Part shown: positions 35,985-42,709 of the stretch, in pieces | Numbering within the stretch: the stretch's first letter is position 1 | Layout: each line of letters begins with the position of its first letter | Notes under the pieces: model-generated | What the model was told of the DNA's origin: nothing | Seen by the model: only the letters and a program-made list of their open reading frames with translations | The model's database searches: none | Source of the DNA: a virus | Taxonomy: Duplodnaviria; Heunggongvirae; Uroviricota; Caudoviricetes | Reading direction: 5' to 3' (one strand) | DNA: 42,709 nucleotides | Virus record (IMG/VR): IMGVR_UViG_2922326829_000003 | Coordinates: 1-42,709 of that record | Program-made: the position numbers and the translations under genes

Positions 35985-36661
35985 TCATTATTATAGTGTT
36001 CTAATTCAAGTTGCAAGTCTTTTGACTCCAAATCAAATGCTGCATTTTTTACATTCATACCATCATCTCCAAATTCCCTCTGCAATACAGCGGATAATTC
36101 AGTGTAATGTATATTACTGTTTACCCATCGTATCAACCCAACTCCAGTCAAAGGGTAACGATAATTATTTGTAGGCAAACATTTCAACATAAGGTTTGCA
36201 TTTTGTCGTTTTGCAGGAACTATATTGACATCGCTTTCATTTCCAGAATAAATATTAGCATAACCCTTATTTAATCTTATATAAAAAACATTTTCTGAAA
36301 TCAATAATAATTGAGAAGCGTATATGTTTTTCATATCACCCCCACATAGTCCTGATCTTGCCAAAAACCAATCACTTCCATCTACCGGGTTTTGAATAAA
36401 GGAACTTGTTTCATCACTAAAAATTCTTTTTATTCTAACATAAAACTCTTTGTATTTTGGAGTGTATGGGATTGATATATATACCCCATTTTCTTTTATT
36501 GTGGCTTCTGAAATATTGCCTGGTAGTTGAATCTCTCCATAGATATACCGCTCAAGCCCTCCATTGTTGGTTATCCAATTGAAAGTTCGCAGCTTAGGGG
36601 TGTTGTGAGGGTTTATAACAATATCCCCAGTATTTATATGTATCTCAATATCTTTACGCAT
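35981..36661 (-). CDS. baseplate gp25/gpW-like protein
   Basis: MRKDI...GDI; C-terminal G..RYPLTGVGL..W.NS...EF..DG pattern; synteny. Confidence 0.5.
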   Translation of the reverse strand: MRKDIEIHINTGDIVINPHNTPKLRTFNWITNNGGLERYIYGEIQLPGNISEATIKENGVYISIPYTPKYKEFYVRIKRIFSDETSSFIQNPVDGSDWFLARSGLCGGDMKNIYASQLLLISENVFYIRLNKGYANIYSGNESDVNIVPAKRQNANLMLKCLPTNNYRYPLTGVGLIRWVNSNIHYTELSAVLQREFGDDGMNVKNAAFDLESKDLQLELEHYNND

Positions 36662-36699
36662 CTATAATGATAATTATTCTATTTGTGATATTTTAGTAT

Positions 36700-39600
36700 T
36701 TAAGGAATAATTTTGAGTGTGTTGCCATCGCGCCATACAGAGCCGGGAGAAAGACCGGATGCTGAGGTGGGTAATTTTTGTAGTATCACCTCCAACATTG
36801 AGTTGTAGGTATGCACAGCAAAAACTGGACCACCAGATGAATTCTTATCAGCAGCAACAACCAGTTCGTCATCTCTCAAATGTGTAGACCTCCCAACATA
36901 AACAACGCCAGGGTCTATTCTTGTCTTATCGTCGATCGAGAGCCGAGCCCACCCTCCTGCATAAAAACCCCACTCACTAACTATTGTTCCGGCAGAATTT
37001 ACAAGTCTGATTGTACTTCCATTTGAATTTGGTGTTATCATTATCCTGTTTCCACTATTACTACTTGACAATGATAAATTACCATTAGCATCCCAAGATA
37101 ACCCGCCATTCGCAAGTTGGCCTGATCCGTTGTAATTGAGTTTCCACTTGGTTCCATTGGTTATGGAGCCATCAGCACCCAATGTAATACCATTTTTCGA
37201 TATTTGATTTGTATCGATCGTCCAACCTCCAATAGTGCCTCCAACAGCAGTAATTCCGGTTCTATCCAAAGTTACTTTTGCTACATTGGAGTCATCTCTG
37301 ACGGAAATGCTGCCATTATATTTGCTGCCACCAACAACCAAGGTAGAGTCAACCAGTATTTGTCCGGCTTTAACCGTACCTGTGTAGATTCCATTAGCGT
37401 CGATAGTTGTCATATACCGCTCAGTAGACTGAACATCGAACACCGTAGCATAAGCAACCTTCCATTTTACAGGAGAACTATCTGTACCTACAGCGCCAGT
37501 AAGAGCAAAGAAACAAGTTGATGAAAAAGTACCACTTTTCCCACACACGATCTTGCAAATGTACTCTTCCCAATTACCAGTTCCGGCTGTAGGGGTTAAC
37601 CACTTCTGACTTCCCCCATCTCCAATCGAATTACTATGATGGGATATAGCTCTTCCCACAGGAATATTTGCTACAATTCGTGCAATCAAAACACGACACG
37701 CTGTGGTGACAGTGCCAAAATAAAAGCCTCCGCAATACGGAGAGGCAGCACCAGTATTTGTTACAACTAAAGAAATCTTATTGTCATTAGGAGCAGAAGA
37801 ATCCGAAGTGCGAGTGATTGTTACCGTTCCATTATTCGAATTATTGTATACATCGACACTATTGTTCCCATTGATAAATGTTGGGTCGCGATACAACATC
37901 CTTCCAAAAGCCATAGCCAACGCCAACTCTTTTGCGGCTTCTGCTTTAGCAGTAGCATCAGTAGCAGCCGCATTAATAGCCTCTTCTTTAGCTTTTGCAG
38001 CCTTATCTTCTGCATATTTTTTAGCAGCAGCAGCAATTGCATTTAACACAGTTTGTTTTGCTGCATAATAAGCAGTCTGGGTGGTAGTAAAAGCCGCAGC
38101 AATAGTAATATTTTCGGGTGATGCAGCTGTGTGATTGGTTAATTGAGTATTGTAATTCGTATAAGCAGTAACATAAGCTGTTGAGCTTACTGAATATTTT
38201 GCCGCATCTGCAACAATCTGAATCTTCTCATCAGCTAACCCCTTTTGCTCCTGTTTCAACGCTAATTTTTCGGTTGGGGAAATAATTGAATCTTTCGCCC
38301 AGTCATTAAGCCGATCTCTTGCAGCAATAGCAACTGAATTAGCATCGTTTGCCTTTGCCTGAGCCGCATTTGCTGCATCGGTAGCCACCTTTACTTTGTT
38401 TGCAGCATCAGTAGCAGCCGCATTAATAGCCTCCGTCTTCTTTTCATCAGCATACGTCTTGGCAGATGACAATGCACTATTGGCCGCATTCGTCCAGTTT
38501 AAAGATACTGAAGAAGCAAAAGTAACAACGCCATTATTATCCCAACTTATATTCCCTCCAGCAATAGCTCCGGCACCATTAGAATCAAACCGCCATTTAA
38601 AACCACGAATACCAGATGTACTAATAGTGATATTGCTGGCGGCACTTGTGAATCCGGAAGATTTAAGGGTACCTGAATAAATTGCCTCATTATTAAATTT
38701 CCAACCGGCAATTGTCGAATCTCCCGAAGAAATAAGGGAAAAGATTGTTTTTCCACCATTAACTCCCGTTAATTCAACACGACTGGAACCTCTTTTTAAG
38801 AAAATACCACTATTGCTTTTTATCGTAGTTTCAAGTGAAGATGAAGCAATATTACTTATGTCAGTAGCTGAAAGGTAAAGTCCCGCTAAAGCTGCTTCTG
38901 AAATTAATGCAACATACTGGTTTGACAACCTTTGCGAAGACATCTTCCAGCCAAGCAAAGTTCCGGAAGTGCTATTAAAAGTGATCAAGCCTTTCATAAA
39001 GCTTATGTCGCCATTTGCATCAATATACCAACCATAACCCCTTACACCTCCTGTACCAATCGTTATAGAGCCTGAAGCGCTGGTGTACTGCTTTGTGGTA
39101 TTGTTTTTAGTGCCTATATAAAAAGACTCATTGTCAAAATTCCATCCGGCAATGAAGTTTGTTGAACCAAGTTTGAAAGTGTTTTTTGAACCAGACATAT
39201 ATCCTTCAATGCCATAAGAATTGGCTGAAGTGTAATGTATAGCAATGCCTCCGCTACTTACCACTTTATCATAATGCTTGAACGTATCAGCTACACTGCT
39301 TAAAGTAGACATATCGAATGGACTAACGCCAATATAATGTTTGGATGAGTCAAGAACAATGTAGTTGGAATAAAGCAAGTTTTTTGTTATTTTCCACCCA
39401 CCGATGTCGCCTTCAGAGGACGTTACTTTTCCTTTAAAGTAGGCTGAACCATCCTTAGAGAATTTCACATTCCCTTTGGAGAAAACGGCTTCACCATTTT
39501 TGTATATTCCCCAAAAGATATTGTTATTAATATCCTTTGCAAAAATGCTGCCCTCAGACAATATCTGCAAACAGCCATCAGCAGTTTGTATTCCACCATT

Positions 39601-40227
39601 GTTTATATCCCAACCGCCGATGCTTCCACCAGTTTCATTTATATGAAAAATTTCTTTTCCCTCTTTATACCCATAAATACCAGCACTACTGTTTGGAGCT
39701 ATACCTTCAGGTCCAATATAAACACCCGTAAGTACACTCATTTGGCTTTCCGACGTTACCTTTTTACCAACAAATATTTGAGGAGTGATAAGATAATCGC
39801 TACCAATCTTGGTTTTATTATTCTCCCAATCTTTAATCCAGTCTAAAGTATTTACATCCCTTATTGTTGTAAATTGAAATGTACCGCCAGTTGTTTCCCC
39901 ATAGGTTGTGGTGAATTCGAATTTTACATGTCCGGTTAAAATATCGGTTGGAACTGTTTTAAGCCTGAATCTTTTAGTGAGACCATTGTTGATGTCTGAA
40001 ATAGTGTACTGTATCCGAGCATCACTGACTTCAACGACTTTTAAAGTATACGCAAGTTGTTTTGGACCTAAAAATAAATTCAGGTCAGTGAATGCTTTAT
40101 CTAAATTTTGATTCCCTCCGTTGAAATCTGCACTAATTGAACATGACGCTGGAGACATCGAAATAGTAAGACCATCCTTAACAGGTGTTAGAATTATACT
40201 ATCTGACGCTATTATGTTTTTACTCAT
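36700..40227 (-). CDS. large tail fibre/spike protein (1175 aa) with G.IGGW repeats, a helical module and a CBM-like domain
   Basis: At least six (G)xI(G/A)GWxI-type repeats; Ala-rich coiled segment; LYRDPTF...W.EY...YATVFD CBM-like domain; immediately upstream of the baseplate genes. Confidence 0.75.
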   Translation of the reverse strand: MSKNIIASDSIILTPVKDGLTISMSPASCSISADFNGGNQNLDKAFTDLNLFLGPKQLAYTLKVVEVSDARIQYTISDINNGLTKRFRLKTVPTDILTGHVKFEFTTTYGETTGGTFQFTTIRDVNTLDWIKDWENNKTKIGSDYLITPQIFVGKKVTSESQMSVLTGVYIGPEGIAPNSSAGIYGYKEGKEIFHINETGGSIGGWDINNGGIQTADGCLQILSEGSIFAKDINNNIFWGIYKNGEAVFSKGNVKFSKDGSAYFKGKVTSSEGDIGGWKITKNLLYSNYIVLDSSKHYIGVSPFDMSTLSSVADTFKHYDKVVSSGGIAIHYTSANSYGIEGYMSGSKNTFKLGSTNFIAGWNFDNESFYIGTKNNTTKQYTSASGSITIGTGGVRGYGWYIDANGDISFMKGLITFNSTSGTLLGWKMSSQRLSNQYVALISEAALAGLYLSATDISNIASSSLETTIKSNSGIFLKRGSSRVELTGVNGGKTIFSLISSGDSTIAGWKFNNEAIYSGTLKSSGFTSAASNITISTSGIRGFKWRFDSNGAGAIAGGNISWDNNGVVTFASSVSLNWTNAANSALSSAKTYADEKKTEAINAAATDAANKVKVATDAANAAQAKANDANSVAIAARDRLNDWAKDSIISPTEKLALKQEQKGLADEKIQIVADAAKYSVSSTAYVTAYTNYNTQLTNHTAASPENITIAAAFTTTQTAYYAAKQTVLNAIAAAAKKYAEDKAAKAKEEAINAAATDATAKAEAAKELALAMAFGRMLYRDPTFINGNNSVDVYNNSNNGTVTITRTSDSSAPNDNKISLVVTNTGAASPYCGGFYFGTVTTACRVLIARIVANIPVGRAISHHSNSIGDGGSQKWLTPTAGTGNWEEYICKIVCGKSGTFSSTCFFALTGAVGTDSSPVKWKVAYATVFDVQSTERYMTTIDANGIYTGTVKAGQILVDSTLVVGGSKYNGSISVRDDSNVAKVTLDRTGITAVGGTIGGWTIDTNQISKNGITLGADGSITNGTKWKLNYNGSGQLANGGLSWDANGNLSLSSSNSGNRIMITPNSNGSTIRLVNSAGTIVSEWGFYAGGWARLSIDDKTRIDPGVVYVGRSTHLRDDELVVAADKNSSGGPVFAVHTYNSMLEVILQKLPTSASGLSPGSVWRDGNTLKIIP
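37954..38433. repeat. 30-bp perfect direct repeat, copies 450 bp apart (37954-37983, 38404-38433)
   Basis: AGCATCAGTAGCAGCCGCATTAATAGCCTC twice; encodes EAINAAATDA. Confidence 0.9.
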
Positions 40228-40312
40228 TAATTTGTTCTATTTATAAAGAATAGATAGAACAGCATTGTTTTGGTTATTCAATGAGTACAAATAAGGCTGA
40301 TGGCGTTAGTGC

Positions 40313-40343
40313 TTTGTTGATTCTCTAATTATGATTATATTTG
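40313..40343 (+). promoter_or_regulatory. Bacteroidetes primary-sigma promoter on the + strand
   Basis: -33 TTTG (40313-40316), 19-nt spacer, -7 TATATTTG (40336-40343); no + strand CDS follows. Confidence 0.7.
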
Positions 40344-40346
40344 CAG

Positions 40347-40487
40347 CATCTCACCTACATTTAATGTAGATAAAAGTATGATAAAGCCGAAATGCAACGA
40401 GGATTTAGGTCCCCGGTTGTGCGTTTCGGCGTGCTTTATTGTTAAATGTAGGTGAGATGACTTTAACAGGCCGGGGACTTTTCTTTT
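40347..40487 (+). ncRNA. putative structured ncRNA (long hairpin plus 3' pseudoknot); family unassigned
   Basis: 18-bp perfect stem 40347-40364/40442-40459; inner stem GCCGAAA/TTTCGGC; GTCCCCGG (40409-40416) complementary to CCGGGGAC (40471-40478), followed by a U-tract. Confidence 0.6.
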
Positions 40488-40502
40488 TCCCCAATAGACA
40501 TT

Positions 40503-40991
40503 TTATAATTTGTTTCCCAAGTACTGACTTTCATTAAAACTTTCTTTCTTTTTCCATCCTTCCAACAATGTGTTTTGTATGTGTTGTTGTGATTTCAAAT
40601 AAAAATCTGTTAACTCCTCTAAGGTCGTAAATTCACGATACTTGGGCTGTTCATCTGTTCCGAACTTAAACGTTACGGGGAGTGAACCTTCAATTTTTTG
40701 TACAGCCAAATCGTAGGCTGATTTGTAATTAAATTGATTGGTAGTGCTAAGCCAAACTTGGCTTTCTTCGTATATGAATCCAGAAAGAATTTTTTCTTCA
40801 ATTTGATTATTATGCCATCCCAAAATGATTTGTTTGATTTCGTTCAATGAAGGCTTGTGGTCCAATTCTGTTTCCATATAATTAGCACCATCTTCGTCTT
40901 CTTGAATATCCCATCGAACACGCCATTTGTTTTTCTTAGGATTTGTGCATTCTAAGAATGATACATCTGGATTTCCATACACTCTTCTCAT
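40503..40991 (-). CDS. DUF4376-like protein downstream of the DGR RT
   Basis: W.LS.ENQ-like VWLSTTNQFNYK..YDLA and LP..FKFGTDE.P.Y..F; coupled to the RT stop (TAATG). Confidence 0.65.
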   Translation of the reverse strand: MRRVYGNPDVSFLECTNPKKNKWRVRWDIQEDEDGANYMETELDHKPSLNEIKQIILGWHNNQIEEKILSGFIYEESQVWLSTTNQFNYKSAYDLAVQKIEGSLPVTFKFGTDEQPKYREFTTLEELTDFYLKSQQHIQNTLLEGWKKKESFNESQYLGNKL

Positions 40992-42292
40992 TAACTAAAA
41001 ATATATTTAGTGCGTCCCTTTCCAAATGGTTCCGTTTTGATTGTTGTTTCAAACGGAAGCCCATCCGGAATTTCTTTGATTTGCTGGAGAATATTTTTCA
41101 TTTCTTCACTTGCGGTGAAAAACTTCTTCATTTCTCCATTGTGTTCAATTGATACCAAGCAACGGTCGGGGCCTTGCTCTGTCTTAATACCCATTTCGAA
41201 GTCTTTAACAATAATGGGTAAATTTACCAGCTCTCGTATTGAAACGACAGAGCCCTGAAAACGCTTCTTCCCGTCTTCAGGCTGGTATGATACGTTTAAA
41301 TCTTTAAAACTTTTCATGTCTGTACCTGTTATTACTTTATATAGATTATTACAATCAGCATGTTTTGCCATGCCATAAAAACTTGCAATCAATTCATTTC
41401 TTCTACGTTTGCTTTTTACTTTGTGCAATTTTTGAGCAAAGTTTTTCTTTACGCGTTTACGAAGGCGCACATAATCAGGGCGAATTACATATCCCAAGAA
41501 ATCAACTCCATCTTCAACTGGGAATATCCTTTCATTCCCTTTGATTTTTAATCCAATTTTATTTATTTGTTCATGCACAATATCTCTTATCTCCCACAGA
41601 TTCTCTTTTGTCGCATCAAGTATTACAATATCATCGCAATAACGATATAAATACTTAACTCCCATTTTATCTTTTATAATATGATCTAAATGAAATGACA
41701 ATAAAAGATTACCTAACCCCTGAGAACTTCTGAGACCAATGCTCAAACCGTTCGGAGTTAGGTGTACAAATCCATCTATTATGGAAATAAGCCTACTGTC
41801 CTTAAAAACTCGACGTACACATTCCATAACAGTATCTGGATTGATACTTTCATAAAATTTGCTGATGTCAAATTTATAGCAATATTGCGTACCAATAGGG
41901 TCTTCCCGCATGTCTCTCTGAATATACTTCATAAGATCGTGCATACCTCTCCCTTGAATACTTGCAGATGTTGTGCGAATAAAATGACTTTTCAAATGTT
42001 TGTCCACTACGTTCATTATAGCATGAGTTGCTATTCTATCTTGAAGTGGGATAACCTGAATATGTCTTATTTTATCAGCCTGGGGTATATCCTTTTCTTC
42101 GTACCCCTTTACTCGAAACGACCCATCTGCAATTTGTTTTGTCATTTCTTTGATCACCTCCTCTTTGTTTTCGATGAGGTGTTTCCCAACTCGGCTATTT
42201 TTTCGTTTGGTTCCACTCATTACCTTGCGGAACGATTTCTCCATGTTGGGATACGCAATAATTTCTTCAATAATGAAACCTTTTCTTCGCAT
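40991..42292 (-). CDS. DGR reverse transcriptase with a ~108-aa C-terminal extension
   Basis: Start at 42292 (MRRKG). K.RHIQV, DRIATHA, SASIQGRG, YKFDISKFYESI, GLSIGLRSSQGLGN, YRYCDD, DFLGY; follows a TR. Confidence 0.92.
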   Translation of the reverse strand: MRRKGFIIEEIIAYPNMEKSFRKVMSGTKRKNSRVGKHLIENKEEVIKEMTKQIADGSFRVKGYEEKDIPQADKIRHIQVIPLQDRIATHAIMNVVDKHLKSHFIRTTSASIQGRGMHDLMKYIQRDMREDPIGTQYCYKFDISKFYESINPDTVMECVRRVFKDSRLISIIDGFVHLTPNGLSIGLRSSQGLGNLLLSFHLDHIIKDKMGVKYLYRYCDDIVILDATKENLWEIRDIVHEQINKIGLKIKGNERIFPVEDGVDFLGYVIRPDYVRLRKRVKKNFAQKLHKVKSKRRRNELIASFYGMAKHADCNNLYKVITGTDMKSFKDLNVSYQPEDGKKRFQGSVVSIRELVNLPIIVKDFEMGIKTEQGPDRCLVSIEHNGEMKKFFTASEEMKNILQQIKEIPDGLPFETTIKTEPFGKGRTKYIFS

Positions 42293-42472
42293 AAAGCCTT
42301 CAATCCTTGGGTCCAACTTCTTCGAAACATTTCTGCCCTACCAAACTCTACCCGCTACTTTGTTTTTTCAACTTTCCGAACTATATTCGCTATTGTTGAG
42401 GCTTGCCCCCTTTGGCTCCGCTTTGAAAGACACGCTTTCGGTGCTTTATGCCAATTATCAATTTCTTTTGTT

Positions 42473-42589
42473 GTTTACGAGCCGAGAGCCGATGTTCGGG
42501 TTCGTGTTCGACGAATCGTTACCGCCGTTCGAGTACGAAACACCACCGTTCGCGTTCGCGTTGTTGTTCGACCGATAAAACACACGACT
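42473..42589 (-). mobile_element. DGR template repeat (TR)
   Basis: 117 nt reading SRVFYRSNNNANANGGVSYSNGGNDSSNTNPNIGSRLVN with 11 AAC codons; CLec-type VR signature; upstream of the RT. Confidence 0.92.
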
Positions 42590-42616
42590 CTCAGAGGGCG
42601 CTACCCATTCAAAATG

Positions 42617-42650
42617 CAAAATTAATATTTTTCAACGAAAAATTTTCAAA
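42617..42650 (-). promoter_or_regulatory. candidate promoter for the TR-RT transcript
   Basis: -7 TAATTTTG (42617-42624); TTTG at 42647-42650 (22-nt spacer, slightly long). Confidence 0.45.
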
Positions 42651-42654
42651 TTCG

Positions 42655-42688
42655 ACGGGCTTCGCCCGTATAAAACCGTTTCACGGTT
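42655..42688 (-). other. twin DGR target-recognition hairpins (downstream of an off-window VR)
   Basis: AACCGT-GAA-ACGGTT (42674-42688) and ACGGGC-GAA-GCCCGT (42655-42669). Confidence 0.7.
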
Positions 42689-42709
42689 ACGCTTTGTCGC
42701 TACGCTCCC

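Noticed and set aside
31899-40227. Remote DGR variable repeat in the tail fibre genes
   Set aside because: No GGVS/GSRL-type segment matching the TR was seen by eye in either fibre; a formal alignment was not run.
434-41551. Numerous short opposite-strand ORFs in the track (e.g. 434-631, 9073-9354, 24103-24549, 29430-29906)
   Set aside because: They lie antisense within well-supported genes and show biased, shadow-like composition.
42480-42570. GTTCG/AAC periodicity as a CRISPR array or tandem repeat
   Set aside because: Explained by AAC codons of the DGR template repeat; no repeat-spacer structure and no cas genes.
41762-42625. 287-aa and 142-aa + strand ORFs over the RT/TR
   Set aside because: Antisense shadows of the RT and the stop-poor TR; no recognisable protein features.
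1-42709. Stop-codon reassignment (as in some crAss-like phages)
   Set aside because: Long conserved genes are uninterrupted under the standard code. The only in-gene stop is TAA, with an accompanying frame change, so reassignment would not repair it.
1-42709. tRNA or rRNA genes, integrase, IS elements
   Set aside because: No cloverleaf/T-loop signatures, recombinase motifs or transposase ORFs were recognised.

Overview
A 42.7-kb segment of a large, AT-rich tailed phage or prophage of an anaerobic Bacteroidales host. The host call rests on TAnnTTTG/TTTG promoters, NrdD/NrdG and a Bacteroides-type DGR; baseplate-like genes suggest a contractile tail. Bases 1-4508 (+) hold about 17 small hypothetical ORFs. 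The rest is on the - strand. Reading in the direction of transcription it contains: a DGR (TR, RT, DUF4376-like gene; the target gene is not in the window); tail fibre and baseplate genes; thyX-nrdD-nrdG; an SSB/SbcD/SbcC/RuvC/sigma/DnaB/primase block; a DnaE polymerase split into two genes; gmk; a DEDDh exonuclease; TerS; a lysis cassette; TerL; and a head-tail adaptor-like gene. The main result is that two essential genes are each interrupted at a catalytic motif by a short ORF-less insertion and each is directly abutted upstream by a free-standing homing endonuclease. (1) TerL carries a 245-nt group I intron in its Walker A motif, preceded by a GIY-YIG gene. (2) The DnaE C-half carries an 8-nt, stop-containing insertion inside the P|DVDIDF catalytic motif, directly after a 23-bp palindrome and preceded by an HNH gene. 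This is a candidate minimal ribosomal-bypass element analogous to T4 gene 60/mobA; a pseudogene lesion or assembly error is not excluded. The DnaE halves end and begin with degenerate split-intein (Hint)-like segments. A promoter-driven, pseudoknot-capable ncRNA candidate lies at 40347-40487. All family calls come from motif recognition by eye; no searches were run.
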